Assembly (NCBI RefSeq): GCF_006345805.1
Contig: NW_021832177.1
Span: 1 to 31,541 of the forward strand
DNA from: Octopus sinensis
Lineage: Eukaryota
Length of the DNA: 31,541 nt
Reading direction: 5' to 3'
Shown here: piece by piece, positions 22,206-31,541 of the stretch
Layout: each line of letters opens with the position of its first letter
Position numbering within the stretch: the stretch's first letter is position 1
Translations under genes and position numbers: made by a program
Notes under the pieces: generated by a model
Seen by the model: only the letters and a program-made list of their open reading frames with translations
Database searches by the model: none
What the model was told of the DNA's origin: nothing

Positions 22206-23756
22206 AGTTGGCAGAAAACTGTAGGTCCGTTGCCTGTCTACGTCTTATGGACAAGGTTTACACAAGCCAACTCAACTAATTTCTCCAGAATCATGTTGAG
22301 TTCAATAACAGTAACTGATGAGCAGGCAAGTGGAAAGAGGGCAGCGTAGGGATGTGCTAAACAACTTTTGATAGACAAAGCTGTAGTGTCTAAAGTAAGA
22401 AAACACCGTAGAAATCTTATGGCAGTTTGTTCGATTATAAGAAAACATTCGTCTCCTCACTCATGACTGCTGCTTTCTCTGCACTAGGCAAAAATACCTG
22501 CTATCTTAGTTGCTGTCATTGAGACGCTCCCGAAGACCTGGGCAACAATCCTTAAATATATAACTGAGGACGGAATATTCTAATGAGATAATCTTTCTCT
22601 AATTCTGTTTAGTTTGGCATTAAATCCGATATCATTTCTGTTAAAAAAAAGTTTAGAGGCTACATGCTTGGGTCTGCAACTGCTTAGAAATATCAATATA
22701 GTTCATAATTTCTTCGTGGATGCCCTGAAGATCTATGCTAAAAATGCTTACTGTGCCAAAAAAGCAACTGAAGTTAATAGCAATATTTTCAGTTAACACA
22801 CGAATGGAATTTGGCCAAAAGAAGTGTTCGTATTTGTTTATCAGAAGTAGAAAATCAATTTACCAAGCCCCAAACCTGTGAATCATCAGTTTCTTATCTC
22901 TTCTATTCCACGTAAAGAATATTCCAAATACCTAAACATTGATGAAAATATATCGTATGGGGGAGCGGTGAATTAAGATAGAATGACTCGCAAATATTAA
23001 ACCAGACTTAGTTTAATTTTGCTGTGCCAGTGCTGATACCAACATTTAGGCTGTTTGATTGGTCTGTAGAGGAAATCCACTCCATAGATATTAAAACCTG
23101 CAAGAAAACTATGCATTGGTGTTTCCTGAAGACTTGAAGATGGCACTAATAACGAAATGAAGAGTAACCTCTCTTGGACTCGTGACCGCTACATCACATC
23201 ACACATCGAAGACTATGCACTTGCGATCCATAAACGGAAGAGGTAGTGAAGACTTTGGAGTTTCAAAATGCAACCAAAAATGTCACGTTTTTGTGAGAGG
23301 CATCACACATTTGATCAGCAGCTGCACAAAAATATTATCAAATATTCTCTTCCAATGCGACATGGCATTGTTGCTAAAATAATATGCCAGCCCATCGAAA
23401 TAAACGACTGTCCAGGAATAAATATAGAGAGTCTTCCTGTTATTGAATATACATATTATAATCGATTTGTTATGGAATACATAGATAAGCATTAACAGAA
23501 GGAATATTAGTGGAACATTCCTATTAAAACTTCTAGGAATGTTTTGATAGAAAACACTGCAAACATAACAGGCCGGATATTGTCGTTAGAGACTGACAGG
23601 GAAAGGTATGCAACGTCGTAGAGATCGTGAATATGTGATGATGTGAATATCTCTTCGGAAATCAAATAGAAAGACGATAACCACGGACAACTGTTTCGAA
23701 ACCTTCATCTTCTATACCCAGATTATACATTCACTTTTATAGCAGAAATGATTGTT

Positions 23757-24184
23757 GGCCGCGAGCAAAGGTGGCGAGCTGGCAGAATCGTTAGCACGTC
23801 GGGCGAAATGCGTAGCCGTATTTCGTCTGCCGTTACGTTCTGAGTTCAAATTCCGCAAAGGTCGACTTTGACTTTCATCCTTTCAGGGTCGATTAAATAA
23901 GTACCAGTTACGCACTGGGGTCGATATAATCGACTTAATCCGTTTGTCTGTCCTTGTTTGTCCTCTCTGTGTTTAGCCCCTTGTGGGTAGTAAAGAAATA
24001 GGTATTTCGTCTGTCTTCACGTTGAGTTCAAATACCGCCGGAGTCGACTTTGCCTTTCATCCTTTCGGGGTCGATAAATTAAGTACCAGTTACGGACTGG
24101 GGTCGATGTAATCGACTTGATCCCTTTGTCTCTCCATGTTTGTCCCCCCTATGTTTAGCCCGTTGTGAGCAATAAAGAAATAAT
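23757..24184 (+). mobile_element. Dimeric family B SINE inserted in the REL domain
   Basis: Full unit plus headless second unit. 11-bp TSD aaatgattgtt at 23746-23756 and 24185-24195; the R4 frame resumes after it. Confidence 0.92.
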
Positions 24185-24956
24185 AAATGATTGTTCTACT
24201 TAATTTTGTGAGTAAATACCGGAATGACAATCTGGAAAAGCTAGGGATTTTAGAAAAAGAAATAATCTAGTTAACCCATATTTTACAAATACGATCAATA
24301 AGCGGAAAAGTAAAAACAAGTGAGATTTTTCTCAAGTCTAAAATGTGTATTTGTTTTTATCTGCATTCCGTTAACAGAAATTTGTATCTTTGTTAGAAAT
24401 CAGCTCCTTTTTTTTTAATAGGAAGACTTCAAATACTTTAAAATAGATCATACATACTTACAAACATACATACGTATATAGTACATACATACGTTCATAC
24501 GTACGTACATGCATACATATATACATATATACATACGTACGTACATGTAATAAATACATACGTTTATTTATATTAAAGTACATAGAAGCATACATACACA
24601 CTTAAATACACTCGCACACACAGAAACACATACATACCATCAATACATACATACGTACATACATACATACATACATACATATATACATACATACATACAT
24701 ACATACGTACGTACATACGTCATGCACATTTACACAAATAGCAGGTGTAGTATATATTTATATATTTTCGTAGAACCTTGACCTAAATTACTGATGTGGT
24801 TCATGTTTGTGATTATTGGATTACTGGGATAATCTATAAACACATTCAAATAAACGCACACACATACGTGTGCACCAGCTGACACTTATATTCAGTTTAA
24901 CACAGATGCATTCACACATGCCATATGCAAGCACTGGCATATTGACTTAAATTCAC

Positions 24957-25170
<214 letters not shown>

Positions 25171-25389
25171 TTCTCTCTCTCTCTGCTCTGTATATTATAT
25201 ATATGTATATATAATATATATATATATATAGCGATATTATATACATATGTTACATACACACACATATATATACATACATACATACACACACACATATATA
25301 TATATACTTACATATATATATTCATATATATATATACTCACATATATATATATACATCACATATAATATGCATACACACATATATATGT

Positions 25390-25421
<32 letters not shown>

Positions 25422-25544
25422 CATATATATGCGTGTAATAATATAAATGATATATACGTATATGCATATATACATATATGTGGATATCTACAGATATATG
25501 TATATACACATGCATATATGGGTACAGTATATAAAAAAACGTAG

Positions 25545-25790
25545 ACAAAATGAGAAACGAGAACATAAAATACAAAAACATAGAAAATGAACTTTTTTCG
25601 AACAACGAAAGAAACAGAGAAACGAGACAGGCAACATAAAGAACATTCCCCTTCATCAGTTGTCTTTCATTCATCTACTCCGCGTTCGAAGGTAGGGACA
25701 AGACGCGTCTTCGTTAAAACAGTCCTTCCCGCAAAGCAAATTAAATATAATTTGGGATTTTTTGCGGAGGGTTAAAGTGGTAGCAAAAAA
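25545..25790 (-). mobile_element. PLE-type terminal repeat fragment related to the 3763/4632 direct repeats
   Basis: Shares ccccttc.tcagt, tcatctactc..cgttcgaagg, ccttcc.gc.aaagcaaat and ttt.gc.gagg with those repeats. Confidence 0.65.
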
Positions 25791-25849
25791 CACACACACA
25801 CACACACACATATATAAAGTTAATCCAAACAAGAAAGCACAAAAAAACA

Positions 25850-26155
25850 CAACAACGCGAGGACGTGGAACAAATATAATATTATTGGACGCTCAGGAAA
25901 GAAGGAAAGAAGGAGGGTTTAACGTTTCGAGTAGAGCTCTTCGTCGGAAACATAGGAGAAGGAAAGATCCAAAGACGGGAAGACGGAGGAGGTCACATTT
26001 TGAAAGAGCGGAAGGAAATGGGTGAAGAAAGTTGTTTTCAAAGACTGAAGAGTAGTTCTGTCAAAGACAGGAGAATGGTGGAGGAGGAGGAATGTGTGTG
26101 TAAGTGTGGATATGTGCGTGCGCGGAGGTCTGCGTGTGTTGGGTAATAACAATTT
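25850..26155 (-). mobile_element. PLE-type 3' terminal fragment containing a minimal hammerhead-like motif
   Basis: Contains GTTT-CCGACGA-A-GAG-CTCTA-CTC-GAAA-CG-TT-AAAC in a pyrimidine-rich (minus-strand) context typical of PLE pseudo-LTRs. Confidence 0.55.
25917..25951 (-). ncRNA. Minimal type I hammerhead ribozyme-like motif (U4C variant)
   Basis: Stem I GTTT/AAAC, core CCGACGA plus extra A, stem II GAG/CTC, GAAA, palindromic ACGT helix III, U17. One core mismatch (U4 to C). Confidence 0.5.
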
Positions 26156-26224
26156 TAGAAATGTTTTACTATCAGTGGCCTAGCGTATAGAAAAATTAGA
26201 TAGACTCTATATTATTCATAAAAA

Positions 26225-26460
26225 ATACAGTGTACATTTAAACACAAGAAGATGTTTCCATCATAGGAATCCCTTACGCTAGAAAGAACAGCTAAAGTCC
26301 AAAGCACTAATTAGGGATAAATTCTCGAAGGGAATGAAAAATATTTTTCATTTCCTCCGAGAATTTATCCATAATGAGTGGTTTGGACTTTAGCTGTTCT
26401 TTCTAGCGTAAGGGATTCCTATGATGGAAACCTCTTAATGTGTTTAAATGTACATTGTAT
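26225..26460. repeat. Loopless fold-back palindrome, 2 x 118 bp arms (probable Tc1/mariner-derived MITE)
   Basis: The arms align without gaps, with 9 mismatches; centre 26342/26343. Termini TA-CAGTG...CATTG-TA. Confidence 0.92.
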
Positions 26461-26571
26461 ATATATATATATATTTATACACACATAAACGCATATGCAT
26501 TCATACATATATCCTCATGCGCACACTCACACACAGACATGCACTAACTGACATTCACTCACATGCTTAAC

Positions 26572-26614
<43 letters not shown>

Positions 26615-26759
26615 CCACACACACACAAATATATGCGAAAAATCAAGTGGTAGTTTGATTTTTCCTCTCAACTGCAACACAAAGATCCATGTAGGTGGAT
26701 AAGATCTGTCATTTTTTCTACACTCTTTGGTGTAATCTGCACGAGGATCTGCAATGTGG

Positions 26760-26906
26760 TACCAGACCAAATTCTCCACCGAGGTCGTCGTTATCTTTCA
26801 TCCTGTCGGGGTCATTAAAAAAAGCACCAATTGAGCAAGGGGTCAGTATATTCATCTATGGTCCTCCCTTAAATTTGCTGGTCTTGTACCAAAAATTAGA
26901 CAGAAC
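26760..26906 (+). mobile_element. Degenerate family B SINE 3' part
   Basis: ccaccgaggtcgtc...ctttcatcctgtcggggtc...aaatttgctggtcttgtaccaaaaattaga. Confidence 0.65.
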
Positions 26907-26941
<35 letters not shown>

Positions 26942-26986
26942 TATTATTATTATTATTATTATTATTATCATCATCATCATCATCAT
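26907..26986. repeat. (ATT)n(ATC)n microsatellite
   Basis: Direct reading of the sequence. Confidence 0.95.
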
Positions 26987-26996
26987 GTGAATGGTT

Positions 26997-27358
26997 GAAG
27001 GCGGCGAGCTGGCAGACACGTTAGCACGGCGGGCGAAATGCGTAGCCGTGTTTCGTCTGCCGTTACGTTCTGAGTTCAAATTCCGCCGAGCTCGACTCTG
27101 CCTTTCATCCTTTCGGGGTCGATTAAATAAGTACCAGTTACGCACTGGGTCGATATAATCGACTTAATCCGTTTGTCTGTTCTTGTTTGTCCTCTCTATG
27201 TTTAGCCCCTTGTGGGTAGTAAAGAAATAGGTATTTCGTCTGTCTTCACGTTGAGTTCAAATACCGCCGGAGTCGACTTTGCCTTTCATCCTTTCGGGGT
27301 CGATAAATTACGTACCAGTTACATACTGAGGGCGATGTAATCGACTTAATCTCTTCCC
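26997..27358 (+). mobile_element. Dimeric family B SINE, second copy
   Basis: Same unit1/unit2 junction (gtaaagaaataggtatttcgtctgtcttcacgttgagttc) as the 23757 copy. Confidence 0.9.
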
Positions 27359-27384
27359 CTTCCTTGTGCTTCCAGTAGAAAGGA

Positions 27385-27716
27385 TTATTACCTCCACCTT
27401 AGCGAAGGTGGAGGTATTGTTTCAGTCGCGTTTGTTTGTTTATCCGTGGACAAGATATCTCAAGAACCGCTGGATGGATTCGGATGAAACTTTCAGGGAT
27501 GTTTGGCCTCGTGGCTGGAACGAAATCGTTAGATTTGGAATCGATCTGGTACCGGAAAAGGATTTTGGATTATTTTTCCCGTTTTTTTTTTTACTTTTGA
27601 GAGTGGTCGGGTTCATTTTTAGTATTCTCGTTTGAGAGAGCAGTCGAGTTTATTTCAGATATTCTCATTTTAAAAATCATCTCTGGCTAATCGTTGAGAG
27701 GACGTTGGTGTTGCCT
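27385..27716 (+). mobile_element. Helentron-associated non-autonomous element (HINE/DINE-1-like), 3'-truncated
   Basis: ttattacctcc start, 12-bp inverted repeat tacctccacctt/aaggtggaggta with a 4-nt loop, (GTTT)n, then ggattcggatgaaacttt core. The expected 3' subterminal repeat is absent. Confidence 0.7.
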
Positions 27717-27789
27717 TCCCTGATATAAGTCACCCTCACTCAGCGTTTCCATCCGACTAATACTTTTTGTACCTTTCCCATGTTATCAT

Positions 27790-27965
27790 ATAATTCGCCC
27801 AACACCCCTGGGAGGCACATTATAGATTTTTATCGAAATCCAATTAACATATTATTGAACTGGATGTTAGTGTAGCATGTATGCAAAGTTTCGTGAATAT
27901 TGGTTCGCTGGTTTAGGCACTATGATGGTAACAGACAGACAGAAATTGCCATTTATAATATATAT
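27790..27965 (+). mobile_element. 3' part of a second Helitron/Helentron-type non-autonomous element
   Basis: caaagtttcgtgaatattggttcgctggtttagg followed by (ACAG)n and ttgccatttataatata, the typical end architecture of these elements. Confidence 0.45.
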
Positions 27966-27986
27966 ATATATATATAATATATATAT

Positions 27987-28385
27987 ACTCTTTTACTCTT
28001 TTACTTGTTTCAGTCATTTGACTGCAGCTATGCTGGAGCAGCACCTTTAGTTGAGCAAATCGACCCCAGGACTTATTCTTTGTAAGCTTAGTACTTACTC
28101 TATCGGACTCTTTTGTCGAACCGCTAATTTACGGGGACGTAAACATACCAGCATCGGTTGTCAAGCGATGTTGGGGGGACAAACACAGACACACAAGCAT
28201 ATATGAACCCATACATATATACGACGGGCTTCTTCCAGTTTCCGCCTACCAAATCCACTCACAAGGCTTTGGTCGGCCCAAGGCTATAGTAGAAAACACT
28301 TGCCCAAGCTGCCACGCAGTGGGACCGAAACAGGAACCATGTGGTTCGTAAGCAAGCTACTTACCACACAACCACTCCTGCGCCT
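27987..28385 (-). mobile_element. Family A SINE, full length
   Basis: Complete head-to-tail match to the 16577 copy. Confidence 0.92.
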
Positions 28386-28491
28386 GTATGCATACATACA
28401 TACATACATACATACATACATACATACATACATACATACATACACACACATATATATATATATATATATATTATATACACACACACACACA

Positions 28492-28770
28492 ATGGATTTT
28501 CAGTTTCCGTCTACCAAATCCACTCACAATCCTCTGGTCGAACTGAGGCTATACTTGAAGACATTTGCCCAAGGTACCACGCTGTGGGACAGAATCCGGA
28601 ACCATGGGATTCCTCACAGTTTCCGTCTAACAAATTCGAACTCAAGGCATTGATAGGTGCAGGGCTATAGTGGAAGGCACTTGTTCAAAGTGCTGCTTTG
28701 TGGGTCGACTTAACCCCAAACCTCGTGGTTGTAAAACGAATTTCTTAACCACACAGCCATGCCTGCGCCA
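28492..28770 (-). mobile_element. Two tandem diverged family A SINE 5' halves
   Basis: cagtttccgtcta.caaat occurs at ~28501 and ~28616, each followed by ggctata...cacttg. Confidence 0.7.
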
Positions 28771-29042
28771 TTTTTTTGTAAAATTGGCACAAATTCCACA
28801 TTTGTATATCAATAATGGTAAAGAAGAGACAGTGAAATCGAACTATGGCCATGGCTGGCGGATATTGTTTTATTTATGTGTTTATTTTTTATTTATTTAC
28901 TATTTGCATCGAAGATCAGAGGCAGAGTTGTCTGTCTCGTCTGTCTCTGGTGAGGATTGATCTTAGAATGAGTATAGTGTGTGTGTTTGTGCGCGCCTGG
29001 TTGTGTGTGTGTGTGTGTGCGTGTGTGTATGTGTGTGTGTGT

Positions 29043-29570
29043 AAGAGGGGGAGAGAGAGGGAGAGAGGGAACGCGAGAGAGAGACGCAAGAGAAGAGGGG
29101 GAGAGAAAGAAAACGAGAGAGAGAGGAGAGAGAGTGAGAGAGAGTGAGAGAGAGAAGCAAGAGAAGAGGGAGTGGAAGAGATAGAGAAACTGAGTGAGAG
29201 AGAAGAGGCGAGAGAGAGAGAGAGAGAGGAGGAAGAGATAGAGAAAGTGAAGGAGGGAGGGAAAGAGAGACAGAAAGAAAGAGAAGTGGCGAGAAAGAGA
29301 AAGAGGGAAAGAAAAGTGAAGAGATGAGAGATAAAAGAGACAGAGATGAAGAAAGAGAGGGATAGAATGAGTGAGAGAGAGAGAAGAGGGGCGAGAGAGA
29401 CAGTCGGTGAGAGATAGAGAGAGCAAAAAAGAGAGATAGGTATAGAGAGACAGATAAAGGGTGAGAAGTGAGAGAGAAGAGGGTCGGAGGGAAAGAGAAA
29501 GATAGAATGAGAGATAAAGAGAGAGAGAGACATTTAGTGCGAGTGAGACAGAAGGAGAGAGAACGTGTGA
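29043..29570. repeat. ~530 bp degenerate (GA)-rich polypurine tract
   Basis: Direct reading of the sequence. Confidence 0.9.
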
Positions 29571-30879
29571 GATCCCTGTGTAAGGTCTCCGAAATGTGCT
29601 AAGTTCACCCAGTTCTGACGCTCTACTGACTCTGCCGATTGTAGCTTACCTTAAAACCCCAACAGCTGATAGTACAACAATAACGTGATCTTTGATCATA
29701 CCTGTCTTTGATCAGATCTGACCTTGGGCTAAAGAACAACAACAAGCAGATCAATAATCGATTTCATTAAATCTCTATCATTCTTACATTCTTACAATCT
29801 CCTCCCCCCTTTGCCCCTCCTTTACATTCTTACTCTCTTTCATATGCTCTCTCCCACACTCTCCCACAATCTTCCTCTTCCGACCACATTCTTACTCTCT
29901 CTCTCTCTCTCTCTCACACACATGCTCTCACATGTTTTGAGAAAGGCGTGTAAGAAAGAAGAGCATGTTAAAAAAGTGAAAACATCTATCCTCGTTTATT
30001 ACGGGCATTTGATTAAAACAAAACACCACAGTGGTAAATGAATCAGCGTTAAATGAATCATCTCCCTGTACTTTGTAAATAGAGGAACTAACACCAGACT
30101 TGCGGTCCTCAACTGTGAAGCTCTAGTATCGCGGTTTATCTTCTTCATAATCTCTACCATTTCCTGTAGAGATTACACTCTTCTGCATCGTTTGTTGGGC
30201 GCCTTCATATTTTTTGGTTACTGGTCCCATGGGTCCATGTTGATGGGTTCGTGTGCATAAATTCGTATAAAGCGTAGGCTGTCTCGCAACATGGTCATGT
30301 AAATACTAGCGATAGTCAGTGCATTCTGGGTTGTCATTGGGGTACAATTTTGGTTGTACATGCAGAATCTTCGACTAATCGCCGACCCGTGTTATCACAG
30401 ATCAATCTGTGATAAGAGTAACATGGTTTATAATTAAGCATATCATGTTATCCCGGATCACTGATGAATGAATCAGGGATACATGAGGCAAACTATATAA
30501 AGAAGGGAGTATAAAAGAAAAAGAAGTTTAAGAAAGGAGACAGAAAAAGATGGAGAGTATTAGAAGGCTGTATAAGAAAAAAATGGAGGTATAAGAAGGG
30601 GTTATAAAAGAAAGATGGGCTTCCGTGAATTGTGGGAAGAGGAAGATATCCTTAAACCGGAAACTTGGCTCGAATGCTTGCGACAGAGTGAGCGCCACTA
30701 GAGGCGCTCAAGGTACCAGGCAGTGATGTTAAACTGGGCACTGGTTTATGTCTGCCGCTAAAGTAGGCCATAACCGGACTCGCACTCAGAATGCAAAGAA
30801 CCGAAATAAATACCGCAAGGTATGCTGTCCGACGTTCTTACAGCTCCGACGTTCTTACACCTTAAATTGGCAAATCTTT

Positions 30880-31000
30880 TTCGATCTTAAAAGGATGAAA
30901 GGCAAAGACTGACGTCGGCGTAGTTCGAACTCAGAGCGTAGATAGTAGGAGCTAATACCGCGAAGCATTCTATACGATGCTTTAACACAGCGGTACTCAA
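30880..31000 (-). mobile_element. Degenerate family B SINE fragment
   Basis: The reverse complement reads ctctgagttcgaactacgccgacgtcagtctttgcctttcatcctttt. Confidence 0.7.
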
Positions 31001-31117
31001 CATTTTTAATAGCCGAGCCAGATCTAAAACCTGAATTTTTTTAGGGGGCCGCATCCGAAAAAGTAAAACACAAGTCAATTACAAAAATAAATTATCATTT
31101 TCACTGTGTCTCTCACC

Positions 31118-31358
31118 ACCAGGTGTCGCTGTGTGGTACGAAGCTTGCTTCCCAACCACATGGTTCCGTGTTCAGCCCCACTGCGTGGCACCTTGGACAG
31201 GTGTCTTCTACTATAGCCTCGGGCCGACTAAAGCCACGTGAGTGGATATGGTGGACGGAAACTGAAAGAAGCCCTAAAATAAATACCAGTTGAGTACTGG
31301 GATCGATGTAATCGACTTGGCCGTTCCCCCAAAATTGCTGGCCTTGTGCCAAAATGAA
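31118..31358 (+). mobile_element. Chimeric SINE: family A 5' half joined to family B-variant 3' part
   Basis: Family A head runs to aactgaaagaagccc, then taaaataaataccagttgagtactggg...aaattgctggccttgtgccaaaa. Confidence 0.8.
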
Positions 31359-31389
31359 AAAAAAAAGACTATAAGAGTATTAGAAATTA

Positions 31390-31426
<37 letters not shown>

Positions 31427-31436
31427 GGAGAGACTA

Positions 31437-31541
31437 TATTCTTATTCTCTTTTACTCTCTTTTACTTGTTTCAGTGATTTGACTGGTCATGCTGGAGCAC
31501 CGCCTTTAGTCGAATAAATCGACCCCAGGACTTATTCTTTG
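31437..31541 (-). mobile_element. Family A SINE 3' tail, running off the window edge
   Basis: ttttacttgtttcagtgatttgactggtcatgctggagcaccgcctttagtcg. Confidence 0.88.

Larger units (their letters stand above)
21150..24345 (+). mobile_element. Degenerate R4/Dong-clade non-LTR retrotransposon (RT plus REL endonuclease), interrupted by nested elements
   Basis: Ordered motifs across frameshifts: EDLEVFWSKI, GRDLIVGYWYK, ENCRSVACL.LMDKVYT, TDEQASGKR...KQLLIDK, DYKK, LALNPISFLL...HNFFVDALKIYAKN (YxDD-site variant), FAVPVLIPTF, HLISSC...PMRHGIVAKII (CCHC/RHD), KHNRPDIVV (PD-(D/E)xK), FRNLHLLYPDY. Confidence 0.88.

Noticed and set aside
22313-22340. CTGATGA...GGAAAG as a hammerhead
   Set aside because: It lies within the R4 RT coding frame (TDEQASGKR) and the stems do not pair.
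28915-28955. 35-nt plus-strand micro-exon ending at GTGAGG
   Set aside because: Isolated, with a weak acceptor and no compatible partner exon identified.

Overview
AT-rich, microsatellite-saturated eukaryotic DNA. The SINE repertoire and simple-repeat load look like an Octopus (coleoid cephalopod) intron or intergenic region; this is recognised from memory, not from a database search. No host protein-coding gene can be called, and almost all ORFs in the supplied track are translations of (TA)n, (CA)n, (GTAT)n, (AGT)n or (GA)n repeats. The non-simple sequence is mostly transposon fossils: (1) several tRNA-derived SINE families, some with clear target-site duplications; (2) a ~3.2 kb degenerate R4/Dong-clade non-LTR retrotransposon (RT plus REL endonuclease) carrying three nested insertions; (3) CR1/L2-group LINE 3' ends; (4) Tc1/mariner pieces, including a near-complete DD37D element and an internally deleted mariner with both TIRs; (5) Penelope-like element (PLE) fragments; (6) Helentron-type non-autonomous elements. 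The most notable structures are a 1.2 kb unit bounded by ~330 bp direct repeats with hammerhead half-motifs, a 35-nt minimal hammerhead-like motif at 25917-25951, a loopless 236 bp fold-back palindrome, a modular SINE with one head and three different tails, and a shared SINE/LINE 3' tail. I did not find convincing evidence of a new multi-gene system.
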